Shown: positions 1 to 14,660 of the stretch, piece by piece | Position numbering within the stretch: the first letter of the stretch is position 1 | Layout of the letters: every line of letters starts with the position of its first letter | From: Octopus vulgaris | Lineage: Eukaryota | NCBI GenBank assembly: GCA_951406725.2 | Contig: OX597826.1 | Span: forward strand, 47,864,001 to 47,928,000 | Reading direction: 5' to 3' | Length of the DNA: 64,000 nt | The notes under the pieces: model-generated | What the model saw: only the letters and a program-made list of their open reading frames with translations | Databases searched by the model: none | What the model was told of the DNA's origin: nothing | Position numbers and translations under genes: made by a program

Positions 1-53
1 ACTGATGATTCTTTATTAAAGACAATGAAATATATTTCATTTAATAAGGGTTG

Positions 54-87
<34 letters not shown>

Positions 88-103
88 CACATACACACAC
101 ACG

Positions 104-162
<59 letters not shown>

Positions 163-578
163 AAGTATTTACACTGAAAATTCAAACAATTTTTAAGTAT
201 TAGCCTAGACAAGAAATAGCTACCAGCCTCAATATATGCGATGGTCTAGAAAATTTAGCGTTTTGAGAGCCATACTTTACTCTTAAAAATCATAAGCCTC
301 TTGCCAAACCGAAATATGAATTATCAAAACCTAAGAAGAAAAAAAACTAAGATATGTAAGCGCGATAACGATATTTTCCGTTCCATCACTTTCGGTATTA
401 AGCAGCGTTTTTACTCTTCCCTTCTGAAACAACATTTTATCAGTTACTTGGTGATTTTAGTGACATAGGTAATAAGCACATCTTTAAACTTTTGGAGTTT
501 TTCCAAAGTGTTTTAGAATTCAGCAGACAGTTTATTCCAGTTAGTGATTCAGATATTAATATTTTTGCACTATACTAA

Positions 579-1135
579 GGCGGCGAGCTGACAGAAACGT
601 TAGCACACCGGGCGAAATACTTAGCGGTATTTCGTCTGCCGTTACGTTCTGAGTTCAAATTCCGCCGAGGTCGACTTTGCCTTTCATCCTTTCGGGATCG
701 ATTAAATAAGTACCAGTTACGCACTGGGGTCGATATAATCGACTGAATCCGTTTGTCTGTCCTTGTTTGTCCTCTCTATGTTTAGCCCCTTGTGGGTAGT
801 AAAGAAATAGGTGTTTCGTCTGCCGTTACGTTCTGAGTTCAAATTCTGCCGAGATCGACTTTGCCTTTCATCCTTTCGGGGTTAAGTAAAGTACCAGTTA
901 TGTGCTGGGTTCGATCTAATCAACTTAATTCCTTTGTCTGTCCTTGAATGGTTAGCACGATGGGCAAAGTGTTTAGTGGCATTTCAGTATGTTTTAAGTT
1001 CAAATTCCGCCGGGGTCGACTTTGCCTTTCATCCTTACGGAGTCGATAAAATAAGTACCAGCTGAGCACTGGAATCGATGCAATCGATTTCCACCCTTCC
1101 CCGCAAGTGCTGGCATTCTCCCAAAATTTGAACCT
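579..1135 (+). mobile_element. tRNA-derived SINE family B, tandem units plus an older copy
   Basis: Head GGCGGCGAGCTG.CAGAAACGTTAG, B-box GAGTTCAAATTCC, body GACTTTGCCTTTCATCCTTTCGGGGTCGAT..AAGTACCAG; same sequence recurs >20 times in the window. Confidence 0.9.
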
Positions 1136-1303
1136 ACCATTTTACATTAAGCTAAAATCTTTCCTAGCATACATAAAAAGGAACTGGTCTTTTGTATTTT
1201 GAGTCTGGGAAAATGACGAGACGGTTCCAGTATGTTCGATCATGACTAACTTGGGGCTAAACAAAAAACAACAACAAAACTGCTACAACAACAATGACTG
1301 CTG

Positions 1304-1391
<88 letters not shown>

Positions 1392-1623
1392 GACGACGAC
1401 GACGACGACTACAATAATAATGGTTTCTGCTTAAGACACAAGGGGGAGTATTTCAAAAGAGGGTGGAACTAGGTGATTACATCTATACCACTGCTTTTAC
1501 CGGTTCTTCATTTTATTGACTCTGGAATGCAGAGTTGACTTTAATGGAACGTGAACTCAGAACGTAAAGAGCTGGAACAAATACCACAAGGCATTCAAAC
1601 AATTCTGCCAACCATCCACCCAG

Positions 1624-1668
<45 letters not shown>

Positions 1669-1980
1669 TTAATAATAATAACAATAACAATAACAATAAT
1701 AATAATAATAAAAAAACAATAACAATAAAAAACAACAACAATAATAGTCACAATAAAATAATGCTTACAATATCATTTTGAAATGTTGGCCCTCGTGACA
1801 ATCTATGAAAAAAAAAAATGAGCTCAGTTTCCAAATTTCTGATAGTTAAAAGTCTGTGAATCCTACTTAATTGCCAAGTTTGCCAATTACAGGAATTGGT
1901 GTACATAATATACAGACACACACACACACACATACACACACACACACATACATACATACATACATACATACATACATACA

Positions 1981-2012
<32 letters not shown>

Positions 2013-2087
2013 ATATGTACTGATTTATAGATATACACACACACATATATGTATATATATATATATCTATGTGTGTCTCTGTGTGTG

Positions 2088-2120
<33 letters not shown>

Positions 2121-2141
2121 ACACGCATACATACAGTCATA

Positions 2142-2178
<37 letters not shown>

Positions 2179-2879
2179 TATATTATATCGTATTATGCGT
2201 GCGTGTGTGTGTGTTTGTACATGTATGTATATAATGTCTTTATTACAACACCATCAAGAACCTCTGATGGATGAGATGATTCGATAGAGTGTATTATACT
2301 GTTTTAGCTAATGTCTCAGAAGTCTGTAACCGCTCTCTTGGCACGGGCACCATTTTCCGTATATTCCAGTACAGTCACCGTCTGAGATGATTCATTTATA
2401 AAACCTTCTCTTTAATATCGGTTTCCTAACAGCAGAAGGAATGTGGTGGTTCATTGACCAGAATTGTTTTAAGCATTTTGGACTGTTTCCTTGCTGTTCT
2501 AGGCCTCTATGTTCTGATTCTGAGTTCAAATCCTGCTAGGAGCAACTTTGTGTTGTATGTCCCTAGAGTTGCTAAATGAAGTACAAATTAAATATTACAA
2601 TTGATACATTTTTAGAATCCATTTGACTATGGCATGAGAAGGATTGTAAAGATATAAAAACAAAACTCCATTTTGTAAGAAATGAAAGCGAATTGAGCTA
2701 AGAGTTATCAACTTATCCCATCCTCTAGTATGCTATAACACTGTTCCAAGAAACCATACCTTATGACATTCATGAACAGACCAATGCATCTATGGCGTAG
2801 ATTATTTCAAGAAGAAAAAGAATACAACTACAAAACCATACAAATATCACATGCTTAATGTATGTGTGTTGTTAAATGC

Positions 2880-3330
2880 TTGTTGCTGCAGTATTTCGTC
2901 TAAAAGAGGCCTCGAGGAGAATATTTGGCACTGATGCATAGGAAATAGTGTGAAATGTCGATATACAAGGTGTGATCAAATTAGGACTATTGCTATGATA
3001 AGGGAGCTTAAGCATGCAGTGTGAAGTTACTGGGCACAGATTGACCTTCAAACTTGTTACGCATGACACTAAGTTACAACATGCTCACCCACTTCCGTTG
3101 TTTATAGCAGAGCTTAGAGGTAAAGTGTGTAGAATGTGGTCGTCTCAAAAAGAAGATCGGGATTCTGTTGCTTAGGTTCTCTTTGATTATGTCAAGAAAG
3201 ACATTTTTGAAAATGGTCATAACAAGTGATAAATCATAGGTGTTGAGGCTATGACCCCAAAACCAAGGTTCAGTCTTCACAGTGGAACACCATAACAAGA
3301 CTTGAAGACGTCGAAAAAATGCAAGTGAAT
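2880..3330 (-). mobile_element. possible highly decayed RTE-clade LINE fragment
   Basis: Translation VLLWCSTVKTEPW..LNTYD..NRIPIFFLRR..KQRKWV loosely follows the RTE C-terminal pattern (VLLYGxETW..DRIxN..RRLRW). Confidence 0.3.
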
Positions 3331-3532
3331 GCGACCAGGCATCTGTCCTTTATCCCCAAAACGGAGTTCCATGAAAGTTTCCATCTATGGAAAAGATGCT
3401 GAATTTTATTTTTTATGTTTACCATTTCATTATTACACGTAAACCCCCTTTATATTTGCCCCACTCATCTTTCGCCCACGGGGGGCAAATAAACAAAATT
3501 GTTATTCATCACCATCATCATCACCATCATCA

Positions 3533-3900
3533 TCGTTTTACGTCCGCTTTCCATGCTGGCTTGGGTTGGACGGTTTGACTGAGGACTGGTGAGCCAAAGG
3601 CTGCACCAGGCTCAATCTGATCTGGCAAAGTTTCTACAGCTGGATGCCCTTCCTAATGCCAGCCACTCTGACAGTGTAGTGGGTGATTTTACGTACCACC
3701 GGCACGAGGGCCATTCAGGCGGTTCTGGCAACGACCACGCTCAAAAGGTGTTTTTAAGTGCTACCTGCACGGGAGCCAATCCGTGGCCCTGGCAACGATC
3801 ACGCTCAGATGTGCTTTTAACGTTCAACTGGCACGAGTGCCAATCGGGCGGTACTGTCATAGGCCACATCGGCGATTTTGATTTGTTTACACTTGCCTCA
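3533..3900 (-). mobile_element. SINE family C (tail ending in (GAT)n)
   Basis: Reverse strand GGAAGGGCATCCAGCTGTAGAAAC...CCAACCCAAGCCAGCATGGAAAGCGGACGTAAAACG(ATG)n; related copies at 16905-17200(-), 17500-18420(+), 24595-24890(+). Confidence 0.8.
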
Positions 3901-3917
3901 ATAGGTCTTCACAATTA

Positions 3918-3974
<57 letters not shown>

Positions 3975-3975
<1 letters not shown>

Positions 3976-4190
3976 AGCAGCAAGCTCACAGAACCGTTAG
4001 CATGCCAAGCAAAATGCTTAGTGGAATTTCATCTGTCTCTACGTTATGGGTTCAAGTTCTGCCAATGTCAACTTCGCATTTTATCTTTTTCAGGGTGGAT
4101 AAAATAAGCACCAGCTGAACATTGGAATCAATGTAATCAGCTCAACACCCTCCTCTGATATTGCTGCTGTTGTGCCTTTAAGAGAAAGGC
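3975..4190 (+). mobile_element. diverged SINE family B copy after (TAT)n
   Basis: Degenerate head, B-box and body; similar old copies at 4652-4870, 25053-25265, 62345-62505, 62857-63070. Confidence 0.75.
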
Positions 4191-4204
4191 TTATTATTAT
4201 CATC

Positions 4205-4450
4205 ATCTTAATTTTATCTGCATCTTTGATACCGTATCTTGCCGAAACGCATCCGATGTCCTAGGGCGAGTGAAGGATAAGAGATGTTACAGTATGACTG
4301 AAAACTTGGGGATGGGAGGTAGTGAAATATCTTCGTGTAATACAACACAGGCATTTAAATGAACAGGGTTTTTCTAAGGATGTGGGTAGTACTTGTCAGC
4401 AAAACCTTTTGGTTTCCTCTGAGACATGGTTCTCTTGGGATCTTATCAAT
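4205..4450 (-). mobile_element. 5'-truncated R4/Dong-like non-LTR element, 3' end
   Basis: Reverse translation KIPREP....QKVLLTSTTHILRKTL matches the C-terminus of the 60303-60716 copy; lies between (TAT)n tracts. Confidence 0.65.
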
Positions 4451-4463
4451 CTATCTATCTATC

Positions 4464-4520
<57 letters not shown>

Positions 4521-4595
4521 CATTATTATTATTGTCATTATCATTATCATTATTGTTGTTGTTGTTATTATTATTATTAATATCTATTATTATTA

Positions 4596-4653
<58 letters not shown>

Positions 4654-5719
4654 GGCAGTAAGCCAATAGAATCGTTAGGACGTCAGACTAAATGTTTAGT
4701 GACATTTCATGTCTTTGCGTTGAGTTCAAATTTTTGCCGAGGTTGACTTTGCTTTTCATTTTTTTTTCAGGGTGGATAAAATAAGTATCAGTTGAATACT
4801 GGGATCAATGTAATCAACTTGCCACCCTCCCCTGAAATTATACTGGCCTTGTGCCAAATTTCAAACCAATATGCCATACTCTTTTCTGAGTGATTCCTGT
4901 AGTCATTTAATAGGCTTCAATGCTGTATAATTCAATGAATTCATTATGATGAAATGCACAGGTGACCTTACTCATATTTGAACCCTTCTCTTTAATTTTA
5001 ATTTCTGACATGTGTGCAGGGTTATATTTTCTTGGAAAGGATTAGGATTGATTAGATTGCTCTTAATATCTTTCTTATTTTTAACAACACACACAAATAT
5101 ACACACATACTCACATATGTATATGTGTAAGTGTGTGTGTATGGAGCTATGAATAAGCATGTATATTTATAAACAGCGAGATAATTAAATATAAATACAC
5201 ACATACATACATATATGTATGTATGCACATGGATACATACATAGCTGATTCAAAGACCACAGATCCAATCCATCACTGGAACTGTAAAAATCTGTAAAAC
5301 CTTCCAGAAGTTTATCATTTAAGTATATATGAGCATGTCTGATATGCAAATCTATGCATGAGAAGACATACATAAAACAAAACATACAAATCTGCATGTA
5401 TACATACATACAAACATACATACATAGAAAAATACCCTGTTGTTGATATTGAAATTCCAATGAAGGAGCCTTAGATCTAGATTAGACACTAGCTCATTCT
5501 CTATTGGCAATAAATCTTAAAATAAAACTGAATAATGACATATATATATATTAATACATAGTGAAATCTGTTAATCACTAGAATTCAAAGAAACCTTACG
5601 GCAGCATTCGTCCTATTTTTCTGGACTGCCATGTTAGCTTGGCAATAACTATTGATATAGATATATGGATAAGATTAATATTATTCATTTATTCATTTTA
5701 TTGAATCTCTGAAGGATTC

Positions 5720-5848
5720 TTTGTAAGTCTAGTACTTATTCTATCAGTTTCTTTTGCCGAACTGCTAAGTTACGGTGACGTAAACACACCAGCATCGGTT
5801 GTCAAGCGATGTTGGGGTGACAAACACAAACACACAAACGTATACACG

Positions 5849-5884
<36 letters not shown>

Positions 5885-6030
5885 ACAGGCTTCTTTCAGT
5901 TTCTGTCTACCAAATTGGTCGGCCCGAGGCTATAGTAGAAGGCACTTGCCCAAGGTGCCACGCAGTGGGACTGAACCCAGAACCATGTGGTTCGTAAGCA
6001 AGCTACTTACCACACAGCCACTCCTACGCC
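5720..6030 (-). mobile_element. tRNA-derived SINE family A with internal microsatellite
   Basis: Head GGAGTGGCTGTGTGGTAAGTAGC, B-box GGTTCAGTCCC, CORE-like CACCTTGGGCAAGTG, internal (TA)n(TG)n. Confidence 0.9.
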
Positions 6031-6384
6031 TATATATATATATATATTAAAAATGGGGAAGGTCAGTTTATGGGATTACCTTAGGTTTCCCATCCATAAA
6101 GGGTTTAGCTTTATAGATAGGAAACCCCTCCTCACCCTTTAAAATAATGTTTATGGAAACCCACTATGGCGATTCTGATTCTGAAAAAAAAAAATTGCCA
6201 AAAAACGCAACTTCAAAATTTCAATCCCCCGCCCCTTTATTTCTTCTTTTTTCACTTTTTTCAGAAATCTTTTTGGGAAAATACGTAGAAAAATAAGGAG
6301 ATTATGATTCTGAAAAAAATTTATATATATATGACGTATTATATAGACATAGAATTTATATATATATGACGTATTATATAGACA

Positions 6385-6730
6385 TAGGAGTGGCTGTGTG
6401 GAACCACACTGTTCCGGGTTCAGTCCCACTGCATGGCACCTTGGGCAAGTGTCTTCTACTATAGCCTCAGGCCAACCAAACCTTGTGTGTGAATTTGGTA
6501 GACGGACACTGAAAGAAGCCCGTCGTATATATGTATATATATATATGTATGTGTGTGCGTATTTGTTTGTTTGTCCCACCCCCAACATCACTTGACAACC
6601 GATACTGGTGTGTTTACGTCCCCGTAACGTAGCGGTTCGGTAAAAGAGACCGATAGAATAAGTCGATTTTCTCGACTAAAGGTGGTGCTCCAGCATGGCC
6701 ACAGTCACATGACTGAAACAAGTAAAAGAG
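6385..6730 (+). mobile_element. SINE family A
   Basis: Same family, ends GGTGGTGCTCCAGCATGGCCACAGTCACATGACTGAAACAAGTAAAAGAG. Confidence 0.9.
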
Positions 6731-6827
6731 TATATATATATATATATATGTATGTGTGTCTTTGTGTCTCTGTTTGTTCTCTCACTATTGCTTGGCAACT
6801 CATGTTGGTATGTTTATGTCCCTTTAA

Positions 6828-7052
6828 GGACGGTGAGCTGGCAGAAACGTTAGCATGCCAGACGAAATGCTTAGCAGTATTTCGTCTGAGTTCTGAGTTC
6901 AAATTCCGACGAGGTCGATTTGCCTTTCATCCTTTCGGGATCGATTAAATAAGTACCAGTTACGCACTGGGGTCGATGTAATCGACTTAATCCATTTGTC
7001 TGTCTTTGTTTGTCCTCTCTGTGTTTAGCCCCTTGTGGGTAGTAAAGAAATA
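6828..7052 (+). mobile_element. SINE family B nested in a SINE A remnant, with TSD
   Basis: Flanked by direct repeat GGTATGTTTATGTCCCT. Confidence 0.9.
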
Positions 7053-7389
7053 GGTATGTTTATGTCCCTGTAACTTAGTTCAGCAAATGAGACCGATAAA
7101 ATGAATAAGTTGTAGGCTTGCACAGAATAAATCCTGAGGTTGATTTCTACCAACTAAAATCCTCTCAAGTGGTGCTCCAGCATGGCTGCAGTCAAATGAC
7201 TGAAACAAGTAAAAGGATAAAAGAATAAAAGAATATACATATGTATTCGTGTGTATGTGTGTGTGTGTGTGAGTATATATATTGAATAAATTAATGCATC
7301 ACCATGCTGTAAACTTTGTAATATTTTAGAGCAGGAATTAGTATTTGTTTGAACTCATAAATTTCATGAGCTGATTTTCATTTATTCAG

Positions 7390-7491
7390 ATCATTATTAT
7401 ATCCGGAGTGTAGCTGCTTTTTTATGTTTTTGTCAAGGAGGAGCTGGCTGTGTCAGTGGCCTTCACAGTTCCTCTGAGACCTCCAAGGCTG
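7390..7491 (+). other. candidate 102-nt exon, product unknown
   Basis: ttttcatttattcag acceptor, ctg|gtgaga donor, GC-richer than flanks, open in phase 1-1 (HYYIRSVAAFLCFCQGGAGCVSGLHSSSETSKA); no recognisable homology. Confidence 0.25.
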
Positions 7492-7681
7492 GTGAGATTA
7501 ATATGGTTGATGGTTATCGTAAACAGCTGCAAGACTTATTATTGCAGGAACTAAAAAATATATATTAAAGAAAGAAAAAAAAAAGAATGGAGAAAAAGGA
7601 ATTCTGGAAGCTTGATGTTCTGAGGAGCAGGATTTGGAAACAACAACAGGAACAGCAAGAACAACAACAAGAACAACAATG

Positions 7682-7744
<63 letters not shown>

Positions 7745-7747
7745 GTA

Positions 7748-8163
7748 ATACTCTTTTACTTGTTTCAGTCATTTGACTGTGGCCATGCTGGAGCACCACC
7801 TTTAGTCGAGCAAATTGACCCTAAGACTTATTCTTTGTAAGCCTAGTACTTATTCTATCGGTCTCTTTTGTCGAACTGCTAAGTTACATGGACATAAATA
7901 CACCACCATCAGTTATCAAGCGAAATGAGGGGACAACCACAGACACACAAACATATACACACACACATACACATATATATATATATATATATATACATAC
8001 GACAGGCTTCTTTCAGTTTCCGTCTACGAAATCCACTCACAAGGCTTTGGTCGGCCTGATGCTATACTAGAAGATTCTTGCCCAAGGTGCCATGCAATGG
8101 GAATGAACCTGGAACCATGTGGTTGGTAAGGAAGCTACTTACCACACTACCAATCCTGCACCT
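7748..8163 (-). mobile_element. SINE family A, full length
   Basis: Head to tail match with other copies. Confidence 0.9.
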
Positions 8164-8202
8164 ATAAATAATAAATAATAATAATAATGATATAATAATA
8201 AT

Positions 8203-8763
8203 AATATTCTTGGTATAAAAGGTGAGTTATAGCAAATATTCTGCTCAATACCAGATACTGGGAAAGACTCAAGAGATTAAAACTATATTCCCTGGAGCGT
8301 AGGCGGGAAAGATATGCCATAATATACATCTGGAAGATCCTGGAGGGAAGTGTCCTGAACTTTGGCATCGAGAGTTACACAAATGCCAGAACTGGGCGCC
8401 ACTGCGTGGTGCCTAGGACTCCAAACTTGCCATCAAGATGTAGGACAAGATTCTGTGATAGCCTGGGCTTCCGAGGCCCACAGCTCTTCAATATCCTCCC
8501 GAAGAACCTGAGAGACCTGCATGGGGTGGATGCAGATGTCTTTAAAATGAAGCTGGATCTCTTCCTGTCAGGTGTCCCAGATGAACCAACTTCATGGCAG
8601 GAGGGGCAGATGAGGGCAGCTGCATCGAACTCTCTCATGCACCAAATGGCAGTTGCTAGAAAGCTTTCGTGAAGTGAAACCAAGTAGCAACACCAAATGG
8701 CGGTGCCCCAGCATGGCCACAGCTCATAAGCTGAAACTAGAATCAATCAATCAATCAATCAAT
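8203..8763 (+). mobile_element. 5'-truncated CR1/L2-group LINE (ORF2 C-terminus, 3'UTR, (AATC)n tail)
   Basis: LKLYSLERRRERYAIIYIWKILEG...GPQLFNILPKNLRD...FKMKLDLFLSGVPDEP, followed by short UTR and AATC repeats. Confidence 0.85.
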
Positions 8764-8764
8764 C

Positions 8765-9040
8765 ATATCTGCTTGTCAGTTGTTTGACCTTAAACAGTTG
8801 AGCATGTCCCTTCGTGGCTGATGATATGTGCATATCTGACCACAAGCAGAAGTAGTGGGGTGGGGAGCATCATAGTCATGGTGTTGAGAAGAATTCTTTG
8901 GGGTTTGAATAATTCACCTCTGGAAACATCTTTTGTGTATGATGGGCTACTCAGCCTGAAAAAAATTCTACTTGGGCCCCACCTGCAAGGTCATGCTCTG
9001 TTTAATCTTGATAGGAGATCACTATGTCATGCACATACAG
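8765..9040 (+). repeat. dispersed repeat, also at 34918-35102
   Basis: GGGCCCCACCTGCAAGGTCATGC.CTGTTTA.CTTGATA.GAGATCAC shared with 34918-35102; related pieces at 60155-60240 and 63085-63200. Confidence 0.65.
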
Positions 9041-9517
9041 TGTACATATGGTCCACATATGGTGCATGTCGTGCACATATGGTGAACTTCAATAATCCTA
9101 TAATCTACTCCAGAATTAATCTCATTAACTTATCTAGTATGTGCTACTTAGTTGTGATTGTTGTCATTCGGCCCCGGTCAGTCTTGATCAAGCAAATTAA
9201 TGGTCAAAGAGGTTCCTAATTTGACAGTCCTATCACATTCTATATCAAGGAATTAACTACATTGTCCAAAATGTCCTTCCTATTTCTTATAGGACAGTAA
9301 GATGCGAGTGATTTGCAGGAAATTTTTGGCTGCTCTTTCTTGCTGGTTTCAGGGACTACATGGTATCCTGGAAATGTATCTTTGCGGTAGAAGAATCCTT
9401 ACAGAATTCGAGCAAATTGCGATAATATTTTGGGCAATGAACAAACAAAAAAAATAACTTCATCATTTCCTCATTCATAAATCAAACAACAACAACAACA
9501 ATAATAACGATAATGAC

Positions 9518-9570
<53 letters not shown>

Positions 9571-9717
9571 TAATGGGGAAAAAAATTAAGAAAGATATTT
9601 TTAAAAAAGAAACAAAAGGAAAGGAGATATGTTTTCTGCATTAACAATCTTACATTCTGAAGATTCTAAAGTTTCATTTCAACTGTAACATAGATTTCAC
9701 AATTTTCAAGTATTCTG

Positions 9718-9789
<72 letters not shown>

Positions 9790-10119
9790 GTGTGTGTGTG
9801 TATTTTTCTAAGCATGCATAAATGTGTGTTTATGTGTATATATATATGTGGGTTGAAAATTTTATCTTAATTTATTTTGCCATGAAATTTCAGTTTTAGA
9901 ATAACTAAAGATAACAAAATTAATAAACAAGTTAAAGATCAAACTGGTAATCTGGGATTTGGAACTGTGAATGAAAATTCTTTAAAATGTAATACATATA
10001 TAAATGCATACGTATATGTCCATGTGTGTGTGTATGTGAGTATGAGAGTGTGTATAAGTACAAATATGCACACACATATGTACTTATATATGCATACATA
10101 GACAAACATAATATGCATA

Positions 10120-10410
<291 letters not shown>

Positions 10411-12120
10411 CATGGCAGTGGGAGAGTGGCAAAATTGTTGACATGTTATATCTTCCAGCTCTCTACATTCTGAGTTCAAATCCCACAACCTGCATGGAGA
10501 AGGCAACGTGGAAACCACCTCAGTATTTATCACAAATCTAGTCTCAGATGGCCATAACACCAGTTCTTCTACCTAATGTCACGAGTGGAGGCTACGGAGA
10601 GGGTTCTGGAAAAGGGATTGCTGGAGAAGGTTCACATGCCCAAAACCTGCCCAAGGGCAGACCACCACTAGACGTGATATACATACATATATACCTACCT
10701 ACCTAGACACACACACACACACGCACACACAAAATCTCATTCTTCTATCTTTTCTTTCTTATACACAGTACCCAATTACCACTGCTCGTTTTACCCCTCA
10801 TCCACCAGCTCATTATTCTGCTCCTCCTCTTCTTCCTTTTCTCTCTCCATCAATTTTGAATATTGCTTCCATGTTGCTGTTGTTCTTCTTATTCATTGTT
10901 ATTGATATTGCTGTTGTACTTGGGTCATACTTTTCTCCCATCTCATATAGAGGGGTTTTTTTGCTTTTGTTGTGATGCTTGTTGTCATGGTTTCTCTTTG
11001 GTATTCCTGCTTTTCTCTGACTTTTCACCTTTCTTCTTTTAGAATTCCTTACTGACTTCTTCTTTCTAGATTCTTCTTCTTCTGCTTCTTTTTCTTTTTT
11101 ATCTTCTTCCTTGCTTCTCTTCCTCCTTCTCTATCTTACTTTTTCTTCTTCTCCTTCTCCTTCTCATTTTCTATCACCTCCTCTGACTTCTTTCCCTCTT
11201 CTTGCTTCTCTTTTTCTTCCACCTCCTCATCATCATCCTTCTTCTCCTCCTCCTCCTCATCATCATCATAATCATCATCGTTTTCTTCTTCATCATTATC
11301 ACCACCACTACCACCACCACCATCACCCTTCATCTCCTCCACCATCTTCTTCTTCTTCTTCTTCTTCTTCTTCTTCTTCTTCTTCTTCTTCTTCTTCTTC
11401 TTCTTCTACTACTACTTCTCCTTCGTCACACTTCTCCCCTTCATTCATATCCATCTCTTTCATTCATATATTCTACCCTTCCTCATGCCATCACCACCAC
11501 CACCACCACCACCACTACAATCAACACCCCCCTGCCCACCCAGCATTACCATTACCACCCATCAATACTAACAGCATCTCTCATCTCTCCACCCACATTC
11601 TAACCTCAAATCAAAATTTGAGTCAAAGAGCAAGCCTCTCTGTGCAAGAGATATCTGTCTGCTACAGAATCTCTGTAATAGACCAAATATATTCCATAAA
11701 GAAAGAAGGAACACAAGACAGTTAATGGCAGAAAGTAATTGAATAGGTAAAGAAATGGGAAATAAACAAGATATTTTAGAATTTAAAATGAATGTTTATT
11801 TGGCAACAAGATTGTATTAATGGTACAAAATCAAATATAATATTTCTCTTCCTCTTGTTTTTTCTCTCTCTTTTCTCACTTTGTCTTTGTCAGTCTTTCT
11901 CTCTCTGTCTCTCTGTCTCTCTGTCTCTGTGTGTGTGTCTCTCTCTCTCTCTCTTATTCTATCTTCCTTTCTCTCAATCTTTCTTTCAAAACATATATGC
12001 ATGTATATGTGTGTGGATGTGTGCGTGACTGTGTGTGTGTATTGTATGACTATGCTTATAACAAAGTTTAAAAAGAAATTTAGATATATACATATATATA
12101 TATAAATTTGTACTTACATG

Positions 12121-12159
<39 letters not shown>

Positions 12160-12327
12160 CATACAGACATAGATAGATAGATAGATACATACATACATAT
12201 ATACTTATAGATAAATCAGTGTATATGTATGTGTGCGCGTATACATTTACATACTCACACGCACATATATACATATTATATATACACACACACACATATA
12301 TATAGGTATATACCTATATATAAATAC

Positions 12328-12407
<80 letters not shown>

Positions 12408-12454
12408 ATATATATATATATATTTATATATATTCATGCATATACACATGTAAA

Positions 12455-12496
<42 letters not shown>

Positions 12497-13183
12497 TACA
12501 TATATGCACATGCATATATGTGTGTATACATGTTTGTATGCATGTCTATATGTATTATGCATCTGTGTATGTATGTGTATATGTATGTATACATGTATGT
12601 ATATATGTATTTGTGTATCTCTGTGTATGCAACTTTCATCAAAACAGTGAATTCAACAAAAGTCATTTTGTTTTATCTAGATATACTTCTGCAACATATG
12701 TGTACATATGTGTGTGTGTTTGCGAATGTATAATATTTAAGTGTGTATGTAAATGTATATTTGTACGTATATTTCATTGCATTATTTCTTCCTTTACATC
12801 CATTCAATATCATATGATATTCTAAATATATTCTATTTGGTATGAACAATTTAAACTTCTCTTTAAAATTTGCTATGTACACACTCAACAGCCAGCCATG
12901 GACATACATTCACACTCACGCACATGTATATAAATGTGCATGTATTTCATATATGAATACATTCATATACACACATATTTTTATCTGTCTATATATACCT
13001 GATTGGATGTATGCATGCACGGGAATGAGCATATATAGAAATATATATACCTATACATATACATATATAGATGTGTGTGTATATATGTATGTATATATAT
13101 ATATATATATAAATATATTTACAGATATGTATATATATATATATACATATATAAACATATGCATACATACATATATGTGTATA

Positions 13184-13243
<60 letters not shown>

Positions 13244-13461
13244 TGTCTGTATATGTATGTGTACGTAAACAAATTCAAGTATATTCGCTCACATAAGTTT
13301 GTATGCGTAGAATAATGTATGCATGTGTGGGGTTCAAATATCCATAATGAAATTTAAGAACATGCAATCTTTGAGAGACATATAACCACAAGCAGTCAAA
13401 CATGCAAAGATATGCATGTATGCATACACATACAAACATACATACATATATATATATATGC

Positions 13462-13492
<31 letters not shown>

Positions 13493-14010
13493 TGTGTGTG
13501 TATGTATGTATATATATACTTACATACTTATAAACATTTGTCTATTTGGTTTCATTCATTAGAGGATTTAAATGTTATACAAGTTCTGAGCTTTTAAGTT
13601 ACTCTCCTGAAAAACATAAACACTTTTACACTTGGATACAGATGTCACACAAAACTCAGCCTGAGGTTCAGGGCCATGTCTTGTATATAAGTTTACATAT
13701 ATTTATGAAACCATATATTTATACTTGCATAGATACATGTATAAATTCATACAAGTATACATGTATGGATACATGCATTTATACATATGCAAATATACAT
13801 CCCTGCATAGACCCACAGAAAGACACCCACACATTCCTGCATACATATATCAATGCATATATAGATACATGCATTTATATATGTATGCATACAGACAGAC
13901 ATCTATAATTACGTAGATGCAAACTTAAAAGTTTATAATTTGGTATGAGTTTCATGCACACTAATGTATATAATTGCACATAAATATGATTGTAAGAATA
14001 TCTTGTAATT

Positions 14011-14066
<56 letters not shown>

Positions 14067-14075
14067 GTAGGTATG

Positions 14076-14156
<81 letters not shown>

Positions 14157-14660
14157 TGATAAATATACATACACACATAATCATTGACATACCCACCTAC
14201 ATATAGACTCAAGCGTTCACATAGGCATCTCCCCCAAAACCATAAATACTATGAAATATTTAAAGAATTTAGCATAAAAATTTCCAGTTCTGCCTTGCAT
14301 AATTTTACACAAGCTATTGCTATGCCTAACCTCATGAAATTAAAATCCTAGTATGATACCAAAACACTTCAAACTGTTATAGTACAAATACAAGTTCATA
14401 CTGAATCCAAGTTGCCATTCAAAAGATTTTATATACTGTGCCAGAGACACAGGCTTTTCTACTTCGCTGTTATAATGGGCAAACCATCAATTCCTTAAAC
14501 ATCAATTGCTACACACATGCATTTCTGAAGTTTAGCATATATTGTAATCTCATACATAAAATCCTGTCACATTTTTCAAAACTAAACTGGAAAATTCTAT
14601 CATATACAAAGTGTAAGGCACAAGCCTTGCCACCTCTGCACTTTGGAATCATATGAAATT

